This document shows positions 36,830 through 46,268 of a stretch of 64,000 bases of DNA, one piece after another. The position numbers and the translations under genes are program-made. The DNA is taken from IMG/VR virus record IMGVR_UViG_3300025131_000013, positions 29,476 to 93,475 of that record. One strand, given 5' to 3'. The stretch comes from a virus. Below the pieces are notes generated by a model that worked only from the letters and a program-made list of their open reading frames with translations, had not been told where the DNA came from and did not search any database. The first letter of the stretch is position 1. Every line of letters begins with the position of its first letter.

Positions 36830-38689
36830 TTGAATGAAAGGAAGGATAGCTTGATAACCGTAGGCACTCATCACAAGGATGACTCCCTCCTAGTGATTGA
36901 TATTAAGGATGCTGCGGATTTTGATACAGCGGTATATATAATGCGGAACAGGGTTCCCGGTGCTCAATTTGAGAAGGGAATCAAACGCTGGACAATCCCT
37001 GTAGCAACCCTTGAAGATATTCCCCCGTATTACGACACTACCTATGGCAAAGAGATAGTGGCGCTTGAGGCAAGCGCGCTCAAGAGATTTGAGCGGCAAT
37101 TTGCTGGTAAGAACATAGCTATAGAGGTAAAATCCGGTCATGAGTTTGATCTTGGTCTTAACGGTCGCCTCAAAACAGAAGATGAATATGGCAGCGATAT
37201 CACAATGAGGCCGTATCAAACCGTAGGTGCGAAGTTCTTCGATGTTACAGGCAAAGCCTTGAATGGGGATACGGTTGGTCTGGGTAAGTCAATCCAAGCA
37301 GTTGCTGCCTCTCAGATGAGGTTTGAGAAAGGTGAGGCAGATTGCTTTCTCCTTATTATACCGCCATCTTTAACTGAGAAGTGGGTCCAGGAGATTGAGA
37401 AGTTCACCCATTCTGCAGTTCATCGCCTTACTCGGAATGAGTTGCTAAAGAAGAACCCCCTCAGCAGATATCGCAAGAAGTATAAGGCAGGATACTACCT
37501 GATATTGTCCTATTCTATGACTTTCAGGTATGTAGATCGTATACTTAAGGATATAGAGGGTGATGGTGATTTTTCGGCTGGAGCCATAGTTGATGAAGTT
37601 CAGTATATAAAAAATTATGGAGCCAAGAGAACTAAAGCAACTAAGCAAATCACCAATGCCTGTAAATACGTATACGGGTTATCCGCTACATATCTTGAAA
37701 CCTCGGTGACTAACATTCATTCAATTTTTGATGGGTTGAATCCTGGGGTCTTTCGGATGAGTGAGTTTAAGTTCAAGGAGCGGTATGCGGAGACCTCGTA
37801 TTGGGGCCAGACTACCGGATATAAACACGGGGATGAAATTAAAAAGCGATTGGAACCTTGGGTGATTAGAAGGCATTCCGAGGATGTCTCAGATCAGATG
37901 CCTTCTAGGCAAGAGACTACTTACTGGATGGATCTTAACGCAAGGCAAGCCGCCTTCTATCGGGATGTATTAGAGCAGGTTACAGACAAGATTAATGACG
38001 CAAAGAGAGAGGGCCAGCTTCAAGTAGCCACTGCTCTTTCCCTCACTATGTATTTGCGCCAGGCGTGCCTCAATACGGTGATAATGGGGCATAAAGAACC
38101 AGTAGACAGTAAGTTTGATACCCTGCTTGAGCTGATTAATGATACAGAGAAGAAGGATAAGCTGGTAGTGTTTTGTTGGTTTGCTCAAGGTGTTAGGGCT
38201 TTGGGTAAATCTCTTGATGCGGCAGGTATAAGTAATACTGCTATTTGGGCAGGCAACGCTAAGATTAAAGATAGAGTTCAGATCATCAAAGAGTTTGGGG
38301 AGTCTGATAAGAAAGTTCTTGTATCGTCAGATATCCTTAGAGAAGGGCATGATGTTGTTGTGGCTCAGCACGTAATTAACTACGACATAATGTGGAACCC
38401 GTCGAATATGGAGCAGAGGGCTGGTCGAGTCCACAGGCTGTCCCAGAAAGCATCTACGGTATTTGTTAATACAATCCTCTCAAGGAATACGGTCGAGCAG
38501 TATATGTTTGATCGGATGTCTCAGTATAAGGCTATGGGCCACGACATTATGGATGATAAGCGGACGTTTAGGAAGATAAGTGTCAAGGAGATTGTTAAGG
38601 CACTTCAATTTAAACCTGAAGGAGGGAGTAGTGGCGGCTCAAGCGGATTCAAAGTCGACTTCAGCAAAAAAGGCAAAAGCAAAAAGTAA
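36830..38689 (+). CDS. SNF2-family helicase
   Basis: MRPYQ, GDTVGLGKS, VDEVQ, GLSAT, YDIMWNPSNMEQRAGRVHR. Confidence 0.93.
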   Translation: MNERKDSLITVGTHHKDDSLLVIDIKDAADFDTAVYIMRNRVPGAQFEKGIKRWTIPVATLEDIPPYYDTTYGKEIVALEASALKRFERQFAGKNIAIEVKSGHEFDLGLNGRLKTEDEYGSDITMRPYQTVGAKFFDVTGKALNGDTVGLGKSIQAVAASQMRFEKGEADCFLLIIPPSLTEKWVQEIEKFTHSAVHRLTRNELLKKNPLSRYRKKYKAGYYLILSYSMTFRYVDRILKDIEGDGDFSAGAIVDEVQYIKNYGAKRTKATKQITNACKYVYGLSATYLETSVTNIHSIFDGLNPGVFRMSEFKFKERYAETSYWGQTTGYKHGDEIKKRLEPWVIRRHSEDVSDQMPSRQETTYWMDLNARQAAFYRDVLEQVTDKINDAKREGQLQVATALSLTMYLRQACLNTVIMGHKEPVDSKFDTLLELINDTEKKDKLVVFCWFAQGVRALGKSLDAAGISNTAIWAGNAKIKDRVQIIKEFGESDKKVLVSSDILREGHDVVVAQHVINYDIMWNPSNMEQRAGRVHRLSQKASTVFVNTILSRNTVEQYMFDRMSQYKAMGHDIMDDKRTFRKISVKEIVKALQFKPEGGSSGGSSGFKVDFSKKGKSKK

Positions 38690-39113
38690 AAAGGCTAAGC
38701 ATAATAAGGTTAAGCCTGATGGCTTTTTGCTTTTTGTTCCTTTGGTGACTCACGGCAATATTGAGCTACCTGTTCTCAATACGTTCACGAATTGTGTTTG
38801 TTTCACCACTCGTTATAGACTTAATAAGTGGCGGGATCATTATCAAATGGATGTTGTTCGGGTGAAACGGTATGATTCAGTGAGTAAGATCCCTGCAATG
38901 ATTAAGACTCTGATGTCGGGCCGTAGGCCGAAGGGTCTTGCTCTTGATCCAAACCCAGTGACCGCAAACCAGTATGATATGTCTTTTGTCTCAAAGGCGA
39001 ATGACTTTTCTCTAACGGACGATATTGAGAAGATAGCTACATTTGTTAAGGTTACGGCTGTTGAGACGAAGGGAATGGACTTGGAGGTAAAGGATGTCAA
39101 TTCTGGTGAATAG
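38631..39113 (+). CDS. Hypothetical protein
   Basis: GTG start after GGAGGGAG; Lys-rich N-terminus. Confidence 0.6.
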   Translation: MAAQADSKSTSAKKAKAKSKKAKHNKVKPDGFLLFVPLVTHGNIELPVLNTFTNCVCFTTRYRLNKWRDHYQMDVVRVKRYDSVSKIPAMIKTLMSGRRPKGLALDPNPVTANQYDMSFVSKANDFSLTDDIEKIATFVKVTAVETKGMDLEVKDVNSGE

Positions 39114-39639
39114 CACGTCACCGGATCGGATTACGGTGATTATAACACGACGAGATTTCAAGAAGTTTAGGAACGGTACATCCCTCGATACTGTCCAAGA
39201 GATATCAGGCAGTATTAAGACTCAGGTTGAATTGCTTGATCTAGCTAAGAAGGACGGTAAGCGTGCGAAGGTCATAGGCTATAGGAATAAGCCTGTAGAG
39301 AGTTGGGGTCCTGCTCAATACGTTCGCTTCGTTAAAGACAAGCATAAGAAAGCATTCGGGGCTACAGTCGTATATATAAATAATGACCGGGGTAGCACTT
39401 TGGCTGCAGTAGCAGGGTTGATGGGAAGATTCAAGTCGAAGGGCTACAGCAAAGCTGAGCTAGTTGCTTATATTGAGTGGTGCTTTGATGAGTCAGAGTC
39501 TACCGAGATGTCCTTCTCCCATATCTGTACCAGTCGCTTTCTGAAAGAATGGGAAATGTTGGTCGGTAAGTCGAAGAACAAAAAGCCAGTTAAGACTAAG
39601 GCATCAAATGCTTTCAAGAGAAAGATGTTACCGGTATGA
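39094..39639 (+). CDS. Hypothetical protein (possible replication initiator-associated)
   Basis: SD GGAGG; directly upstream of the loader-like and DnaB genes. Confidence 0.6.
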   Translation: MSILVNSTSPDRITVIITRRDFKKFRNGTSLDTVQEISGSIKTQVELLDLAKKDGKRAKVIGYRNKPVESWGPAQYVRFVKDKHKKAFGATVVYINNDRGSTLAAVAGLMGRFKSKGYSKAELVAYIEWCFDESESTEMSFSHICTSRFLKEWEMLVGKSKNKKPVKTKASNAFKRKMLPV

Positions 39640-40202
39640 TTGGAAGGGAGCAACGCTATCAGAAGGCTGGACTCCCGAATAGGTATTGGAAGGTAAGACC
39701 TCTCATCTATGTTCGCGAGGAAGGTTTAGAGACGAAGTTTGGAGGGATTGTAGAGGCCTGTAGGGGCTATGACCAGGATGTAACATACGGAGTCGTTATA
39801 GAATCCCGTAAGGAAGGGATCAGGCCTGCATTCGGCGCGGCAGTCCTTAAGTATCTAATGGCTCTGAATAACGTCCAGGGATGGTGGCGGTCCTTTACGC
39901 GCCTATCTGGGTTCATACGGTCTACGAAGTTTGATCAACCTGCTTGGGATACTTTTGTTGATTGGCTTTGTCGGCCTACTGGACAGATTCTTTTGATCGA
40001 GAATATGTCCGCAAAGACGATGGCTAATCTTGACGATGAAGAACGGATACGGCTGCTTGATTTCTTCCAACAGTTATTCCAGAACGGATGCCTTGTTATC
40101 ATAACCACGACTGATAATCAAGACCGATTTGAGAAGATGCTTGGTGAAGACCTAGCAGCCCTCTTGAGTGATAACCTCGGAACGTGGGGCAAATTGGGAT
40201 GA
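39636..40202 (+). CDS. DnaC/IstB-like helicase loader with degenerate P-loop
   Basis: RYQKAGLPNRY N-terminus, ILLIENM Walker-B-like, VIITTT; no GKT/S. Confidence 0.6.
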   Translation: MIGREQRYQKAGLPNRYWKVRPLIYVREEGLETKFGGIVEACRGYDQDVTYGVVIESRKEGIRPAFGAAVLKYLMALNNVQGWWRSFTRLSGFIRSTKFDQPAWDTFVDWLCRPTGQILLIENMSAKTMANLDDEERIRLLDFFQQLFQNGCLVIITTTDNQDRFEKMLGEDLAALLSDNLGTWGKLG

Positions 40203-41635
40203 AGTTCTATGATCTTGGCCTTGAAAGATCGGTGCTACAAGCTATTCTCTATGATTTCCCTACACTTGTTAGGTTTTCTACCCGTCACCTCCTTACGCCT
40301 GAACACTTTTCCGATCTCTCATATCGGCGTATCTTTCGCGCGATCAAGTCTGTGTATAAAGATGGTGCGGGCAAGCCTAACTCGAAGTTGGTCCGTCGAA
40401 GATTACAAAAAACGAAAACTCCAAAGGCACGCGATAAGGTGCTTTCGGTCTTTGAACGCCTTAAGAAGCCAGACGAGGATGGACTCCATAATGCTGATGC
40501 TTACTTGGATGAACTTTCATCCTTGTTTGAAGGGCGACGACTCCAATTCCTTGTTAAAGATATGGCAGGATCGTTGGCAGATGGAGACATCGCAGACGCA
40601 CTAGCCGCAGTCCAAAAGATGACTTCTACTACGGACGCAGGCGTCCAGGTAGATGAGGCTGACTTCCTTGATATATTTGAGGATACGATTGAGCTGGATA
40701 AGCAGAAGAAGCAATACCCTGAGTTATTCAAGAGATACCCGACAGGGATAAAGGGAGTTCATCCGACTACCGGAGAGAATATTGACGCCGACAAGCATAT
40801 CTTGAACGGCGGCTTGATGAGAGGGACTCTCACTATAATAGGCGGGGATACGGGACTCGGCAAGAGTAAAACACTTAGCCACATATTTAGATACGCAGTT
40901 CGTCGGCACTCCAAAGGGGTGTTTATGACGAATGAGAACGCTTTGTCTCAAGTCCAGACAGATTTCATCTCAGGGATTGTCGGTATTGACTTCAATAGGA
41001 TTGACCGAGGTTTGCTGGATGAGCAAGACTATGTCAAGATTAGGGCGAAGCTCAAGTATTATAAGAAGCTAGGGGCTGAGGCTAAGATTGTCAGCTTTCC
41101 AGAGGTTTCGACTGTCGGGGCATACAGAGCGAAGCTATTGGAGTGGAAGCAACAAGGGTTTGTTGCAGACTTTAGCGTCATAGATTACTTGAACGAGATG
41201 AATCAAGAAACCGGCGCGGATTCAAAAGGAGATTGGTCGGGGATAGGTGAGATAACTGCAGATCTCTGTGGTGTATCAAAGAGTTGGGATACTACTGTTG
41301 AGCTAGATAATGGGTATAAGATAATGGGTATGCCTATTGTTACAGCGTCCCAAAAAAAGACAGGCTCAGCAGGTAAGTCCTTTGCTAAAACTGAAGACTT
41401 GGCTTACTCCCCCGTTCCTGGACAGCTAGCAGCTTGTGTAGGCCAATTAACTCAAGACCCAGATATGGAGGAACTCGGAGTTATTGACCTAGCCTTTACA
41501 AAGTGTAGATTCGGAAAGCCGGGGAAGTTAAGGCTGTATCCTGACTTTGCTAAATCTCGTCTACACTCCAAGAAGAAGCACAGCGAATCAGTGATGGACA
41601 ACTCTTATGACTTAGGAGATGGTGAAGATGAGTGA
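40199..41635 (+). CDS. dnaB: DnaB-like replicative helicase
   Basis: ERSVLQAIL...LTPEHF, IGGDTGLGKS, VIDYL, IVTASQ, KCRFG. Confidence 0.9.
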   Translation: MKFYDLGLERSVLQAILYDFPTLVRFSTRHLLTPEHFSDLSYRRIFRAIKSVYKDGAGKPNSKLVRRRLQKTKTPKARDKVLSVFERLKKPDEDGLHNADAYLDELSSLFEGRRLQFLVKDMAGSLADGDIADALAAVQKMTSTTDAGVQVDEADFLDIFEDTIELDKQKKQYPELFKRYPTGIKGVHPTTGENIDADKHILNGGLMRGTLTIIGGDTGLGKSKTLSHIFRYAVRRHSKGVFMTNENALSQVQTDFISGIVGIDFNRIDRGLLDEQDYVKIRAKLKYYKKLGAEAKIVSFPEVSTVGAYRAKLLEWKQQGFVADFSVIDYLNEMNQETGADSKGDWSGIGEITADLCGVSKSWDTTVELDNGYKIMGMPIVTASQKKTGSAGKSFAKTEDLAYSPVPGQLAACVGQLTQDPDMEELGVIDLAFTKCRFGKPGKLRLYPDFAKSRLHSKKKHSESVMDNSYDLGDGEDE

Positions 41636-41981
41636 GGATAAGGATGTGACAATGAATCCTTTTTGGGGAGACCCAGAGAAGGTTTGGGTTCCGTTTAATG
41701 GATGTAAGTTGCTTAAGTCTGACTATATAAAACAGGACGATACCGCTTTTCACGTAGGTGAATTGTTTTTTGTATCCGGCGATACTATGTCGGACATCCA
41801 GACAGCATTTAGAACCGGGTCTCAACAGAGAGTCAAGAATATCCTGAGTCGTATTATCGTAGTTGAGTGCGGGCTGTTGGTTAGTCTTTTTGACAAGAAG
41901 GAGTGGATTCATGCTGTTGACGAAATCAAGACAGAAAAAGCTCGGTCTAAGTCAGAGGTGGAAGCAGAAGCGGAGTCTTGA
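41628..41981 (+). CDS. Hypothetical protein
   Basis: ORF with AGGAG SD in the operon. Confidence 0.55.
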   Translation: MSEDKDVTMNPFWGDPEKVWVPFNGCKLLKSDYIKQDDTAFHVGELFFVSGDTMSDIQTAFRTGSQQRVKNILSRIIVVECGLLVSLFDKKEWIHAVDEIKTEKARSKSEVEAEAES

Positions 41982-43032
41982 TCTCCCGGCAAGTCTTTGG
42001 GAGCAAGAACTCGCCCATATTAAGCAGTATGGGCCGGGAGGAATGAAGAGATTGGGAGGCCAAAAGGCTTACCCAGATATTGCTTTGATTCGGAAGGATA
42101 TCAAGAGGAACTATACTGAGGTATTCACTCGGGATGATAGTCGAAAGCAGATCCGGTGGCCCCTTAACTTGGAGTATACCTGCTCCGGATTCTTCTTGAA
42201 CAATGGACCTTCTCATTGTGGGGTAGTTATACCAACAGAGGGTAGGCCCGAATTGTTGGAGCGGTGCCTCAGGACGATACAAGAGAAGGCAATGCTGCGC
42301 CTTCCGGTCCTTATAGTAGACGATGGCGCTAAAAAGCCAGTCAAGAAACTGGACTTTATCAAGCACAAGAAGGAACTCTTTGATTTCCCGATTGTTGTGA
42401 AGCGACCGGCAAAGTTGTCGGGAGTCAAGGATGGGGAGCGTTTGGGTGCCGGATTCGGCAGAGCCTTTGGGCAGCAATACTGGCACGCCAGAGAGAGGCA
42501 TTGGGTAATCCAGATGGATGATGATGCCTTCATCCATAACCATTGCTTCGAGAATCTCTACGCCAACGCAATGATCAATGACAACTACGGGATCATCGGG
42601 GCGATGGGATCCTTCCGGCAATTCTATCAGGGGAACTGGAGAGATGAGCACTCTATCAATGCGATCGGCGTCTGCTATATTGTTAATAAATGGGCTATTG
42701 ATCTATGCGGGAATTTCGACCGCAGGATGCGCGCAAGGCAGGATGTCGATTTGGCTATTAGGATGTGGCTTAATGGCTTTCGTGTTTGTGTGCTCCCTAA
42801 AGCTGATGTTGACCACGTTCGGTTCAGGACCAAGAAGGAAGAAGATCCAGAACGGGTAGAGATGTTCGAGCAATGGAAGGTTGATGCCGGGAACCTTCTT
42901 AAAAAGAAGTATAGCAAATTCGGGCTGAAAGCCAGCGCGAGTGGTGTCCTCCGCTATATGGAAGCCTTCGAGAAGCAGGGCTTTGTCCGTATGGCCTGGA
43001 GGAAAACGAAGGCAGGACTAAAGGCCAAGTAA
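41911..43032 (+). CDS. GT2/GT-A glycosyltransferase in replication module
   Basis: VVIPTEGRPELLERCL, LIVDDG, QMDDD (DxD), QDVDLAIRMWLNG; ATG 41911 has an AAGGAG SD. Confidence 0.85.
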   Translation: MLLTKSRQKKLGLSQRWKQKRSLDLPASLWEQELAHIKQYGPGGMKRLGGQKAYPDIALIRKDIKRNYTEVFTRDDSRKQIRWPLNLEYTCSGFFLNNGPSHCGVVIPTEGRPELLERCLRTIQEKAMLRLPVLIVDDGAKKPVKKLDFIKHKKELFDFPIVVKRPAKLSGVKDGERLGAGFGRAFGQQYWHARERHWVIQMDDDAFIHNHCFENLYANAMINDNYGIIGAMGSFRQFYQGNWRDEHSINAIGVCYIVNKWAIDLCGNFDRRMRARQDVDLAIRMWLNGFRVCVLPKADVDHVRFRTKKEEDPERVEMFEQWKVDAGNLLKKKYSKFGLKASASGVLRYMEAFEKQGFVRMAWRKTKAGLKAK

Positions 43033-43493
43033 TGTTTGTCCATGTAATCAGATACGCTTCGTTCAAAGATGACTCGCTAGGGTTTGCTATGATAGACGGA
43101 AGGTTTATTTGTCATACTTTGGAGGATGAGGATCGGACAAAGAAGGTGTCTGGTGAGACTAGGATACCTGACGGTCTGTATCAATTGGGCGTTCGCCATG
43201 ATAGCCCTAAGTTTAAGCATTTTGATGATAGGTGGGGTTGGCATAACGGGATGATTTGGATTAAGCACGTTCCAAATTTTACCTATGTCTATGTCCATCC
43301 CGGTAACGATGATGATGACTCAGATGCTTGTCTACTTACTGGTGATCACGTCTACCGGAAGTCAGGTAAGGACGCCCATAAGCTCGGTAAATCCAGGGAA
43401 GCCTACAAGAGGTTTTACTGTAACATCAGGCCGTGGTTAGATCTGCCTGGTCCACTCGATCCAGTCATAATAAGGGTAAGTTCGTATGCTTAA
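43032..43493 (+). CDS. DUF5675-family protein (putative cell-wall peptidase/lysin)
   Basis: CHTLED..GETRIPDGLY..VPNFTYVYVHPGNDDDDSDACLL. Confidence 0.8.
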   Translation: MFVHVIRYASFKDDSLGFAMIDGRFICHTLEDEDRTKKVSGETRIPDGLYQLGVRHDSPKFKHFDDRWGWHNGMIWIKHVPNFTYVYVHPGNDDDDSDACLLTGDHVYRKSGKDAHKLGKSREAYKRFYCNIRPWLDLPGPLDPVIIRVSSYA

Positions 43494-44130
43494 CAAGAAC
43501 GTCAGTCCATACAGGTATTGGGATGCTAGATATAAGTCTTTTGGTGGCCCGGAATCGGTATTCAATAAATCGGGTGCTCATCGGGCTATGTATCTGGAGG
43601 CAGTATCTGCTTGTCTTCCGGTAGTGAATCGCAAGAGGAATGTTCGTATTCTTGATTTAGGTGCCGGCCCAGGATTAATGGGGTATATACTACATTCCAG
43701 AGGTCATATTGGGGAGAGGGATACCTACAGAGCGGTTGATTTCTCTAGAGAGGCAGAGAAAGGGTTTGGTGAATACTTTGTAGGTAGGAACGGGTATGAT
43801 TTCACTCGGGCTGATCTATCTTATACCTTGCTTCCTGAAGTGAGGGAGGAAAAATGGGATCTGATTATTTGTACAAAGTGTCTTGAGCATCTTACAGATG
43901 ACGTTAAGATAGTGAGGATGATGATTCGCCTACTAGATACGGACGGGCGTATTGTCATTGCTGTCCCCAGATATACAGACCTTTCGTATTTATTTTCCAC
44001 AAGGAAATATGTGACTCCTAGTCCTATAACAGATCTTTTGAAGAAGTCCAGCCTGCATGCTGACTCTAAGCAAGTTGATGGATGGTGGGTTATCTCAGGG
44101 GATACAAGGAAGAACTCATGGTTATTGTAG
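43486..44130 (+). CDS. Class I SAM-dependent methyltransferase
   Basis: YWDARY, RILDLGAGPG, AVDFS, CLEHL, GRIVIAVP. Confidence 0.88.
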   Translation: MLNKNVSPYRYWDARYKSFGGPESVFNKSGAHRAMYLEAVSACLPVVNRKRNVRILDLGAGPGLMGYILHSRGHIGERDTYRAVDFSREAEKGFGEYFVGRNGYDFTRADLSYTLLPEVREEKWDLIICTKCLEHLTDDVKIVRMMIRLLDTDGRIVIAVPRYTDLSYLFSTRKYVTPSPITDLLKKSSLHADSKQVDGWWVISGDTRKNSWLL

Positions 44131-44243
44131 CTGGCATTCTTAATCAATTGGGTCAGGGCAAGAAGAATCCGTATGGGCCAATCTTCAGGGATGTAGATAT
44201 AGATAGGGAGGAAGCGAAAGATGGTCTTTCTGAAGAAGGCTGA
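44118..44243 (+). CDS. Small hypothetical protein (41 aa, not in ORF track)
   Basis: AAGGA SD; bridges the gap and overlaps both neighbours; MVIVAGILNQLGQGKKNPYGPIFRDVDIDREEAKDGLSEEG*. Confidence 0.4.
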   Translation: MVIVAGILNQLGQGKKNPYGPIFRDVDIDREEAKDGLSEEG

Positions 44244-44733
44244 CATGAATAAGGCCATCGACGTTTGTGGTCATAATACTCTGCCTCGTAGATTTATGCT
44301 GGATATGGAGGAAGAATATGGCTTCGCTTACTGGGTAAGCGGAGTCTTGTTCTGGTTAATGAGGCCAGTAATGGCGGACTCCAATCGATATGATTTGATG
44401 AGGTTCTTTAGGGTTCATCGGAAGATCAGAGAAGTAGGATACGCAATCCATGAAGATATACCGACTCAGTTTAATCTGGTAGACGGCCAGGTAGATGGGA
44501 CTTACAATGCCCAATATGAAGTCTTTACAGACCTGCGCCATGCCCGGTATGTTGATGATGATTTGACGGACTGGACAAAGAAGGAGGTGAAGATCTGTAA
44601 GAAAGCAGCCAGTAACTTCCTCTCGGACCAAGCATATGGCGATTTAACCAAGTGGTGTCGTGCTGCTGCTCAGAAGCGTCTAGGTTTGAGAGAGCGGCAA
44701 TTACTCGTAGCTCATTTTGTAGACGGAGGTTGA
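44221..44733 (+). CDS. Hypothetical protein
   Basis: GGGAGG SD; in operon. Confidence 0.6.
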   Translation: MVFLKKADMNKAIDVCGHNTLPRRFMLDMEEEYGFAYWVSGVLFWLMRPVMADSNRYDLMRFFRVHRKIREVGYAIHEDIPTQFNLVDGQVDGTYNAQYEVFTDLRHARYVDDDLTDWTKKEVKICKKAASNFLSDQAYGDLTKWCRAAAQKRLGLRERQLLVAHFVDGG

Positions 44734-44734
44734 G

Positions 44735-45052
44735 ATGAAAGGCATTCCTGTAGTCAAGAATATTGGAAGAAAGGAAGCCCAGGAAGTGGCCAAGGCAGCT
44801 AGGTCGAAGGCCGAAGGGCTGAGGCAACTCGTAGAGTATCCAGACAAGCTAGCAGATATTATTGGTCGAGAGGCTCTGCTTCAAGTCGAGGTGTTTCAGC
44901 TTACTGACCAGGCTACTTCTGATCTTCCGAATGAGAAGTTGATTGAAGTGAACGAGTTGCTTGATCGGAAAGCAACTAAGCTCGCAGATCTTCTGAAGGA
45001 GAAGAAGAAGATCCAGGCTCTGATGGCTGGTAAGTCCAAGAAGAAACATTAG
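44735..45052 (+). CDS. Hypothetical coiled-coil protein
   Basis: GGAGG SD. Confidence 0.6.
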   Translation: MKGIPVVKNIGRKEAQEVAKAARSKAEGLRQLVEYPDKLADIIGREALLQVEVFQLTDQATSDLPNEKLIEVNELLDRKATKLADLLKEKKKIQALMAGKSKKKH

Positions 45053-45292
45053 ATGATAACAATCCCTTACTATGAGATGTTTACTCCGGATGAGCAGGAG
45101 TTGGACACCCTCAATAAGGCTGGCGTTGAAGCCAACAAGGCAGGGTTTCGTTTTCACGCACAGAAGTGGTATCGTAAGATAGGGATGATTGGAGTTTCCC
45201 TTCCAGTCTTCCAGGAATCAAGAGAACAGCCGCTAACACTGGAGGATATTAAGGAATGGGAGCGAGTAAAAACGCAAGACGAACCCTTATAG
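45053..45292 (+). CDS. Hypothetical protein
   Basis: Abuts both neighbours. Confidence 0.5.
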   Translation: MITIPYYEMFTPDEQELDTLNKAGVEANKAGFRFHAQKWYRKIGMIGVSLPVFQESREQPLTLEDIKEWERVKTQDEPL

Positions 45293-46170
45293 AACTTGCT
45301 AAGGCGGCATTGATTGTCGTCGAGCGAGACGCTATGTATGGGAAGGAGTCTGTCACTCGACTTGGATTGAGAGGCAGATTCATGGATTTAGACCGGAAGT
45401 ATGCTCGGCTGAAGGAGCAACTCTGGGATCATCCGGTTGATCCAAAAGAAGATGAGAACTTTGAGTCTATTTTGGATGACCTTCGGGATCTTTGTAATTA
45501 TAGCGGCCTAGCGATTCCGGTATTGAGGGATGAGGCCGGCAAGAAGTATAAGAAATCGGAGTATAAGGACGCTGCTGCGCTCTTTTTGAAGTTCGCTCTC
45601 ACACTCGACCCAGAGATGAGAAAGCCCGCCCCGTATATCGAACCGAAACTAGAGATGGAAGCTGAGGAAACGGCTTCTACAGAGCCGGAGAAAAAGTCCA
45701 AGCCAGTTGTTAAGAACAAGAGGACGAGGCGTTCTGAGGTAGAGAGGAAGCTGAAGCTGCTCGACGGAGATGATATTGCCGAGACTGCTTTTGATGCTTC
45801 GACCAAGATCGACGGTATGACGGCTGAGGCCGCATCTCTGATGATGTATTCTTGGGCTAAGCTGGATAATCTTGGTAAGGGTGGTGAGACCAACCCTCTT
45901 TCATCGGCCCAACTTAAGCCGAAGGCAATTGCCAAGAAGGTTGTTAACGATGATGATGTCGTTGATAGTGTGATGAAACATTGCGGTCTTTCGGACAAGA
46001 AGGAGATGATAGTTCTGGCTGAGAAGTTCTTTGAGTTCGCTCTTGTGGAACTTGATATTATAGAAGGCGATAAAGCAGCTGATCCGAAGCAAATGACTAA
46101 GACAGCTAAGGCAGACCCTGAGGTAATTGGTCGAAGCGGTGACGATACAGTCCTCGAAGTGAACGACTGA
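45256..46170 (+). CDS. Nucleotide-modification-associated domain 1 (DUF1599/Nmad1, MazG-like) protein with C-terminal extension
   Basis: ERDAMYG..GLRGRFMDLDRKYARLK..ESILDDLRDLCNYS. Confidence 0.72.
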   Translation: MGASKNARRTLIELAKAALIVVERDAMYGKESVTRLGLRGRFMDLDRKYARLKEQLWDHPVDPKEDENFESILDDLRDLCNYSGLAIPVLRDEAGKKYKKSEYKDAAALFLKFALTLDPEMRKPAPYIEPKLEMEAEETASTEPEKKSKPVVKNKRTRRSEVERKLKLLDGDDIAETAFDASTKIDGMTAEAASLMMYSWAKLDNLGKGGETNPLSSAQLKPKAIAKKVVNDDDVVDSVMKHCGLSDKKEMIVLAEKFFEFALVELDIIEGDKAADPKQMTKTAKADPEVIGRSGDDTVLEVND

Positions 46171-46268
46171 AAGGGTGAGACGCCTCCTCAGACAAAGGGG
46201 AGGCGGTCACGCCCCAGTTTGGGGCGATCAAGCGGTTGGGTGATGGCTTACTGGTGGTTTTACGATAG

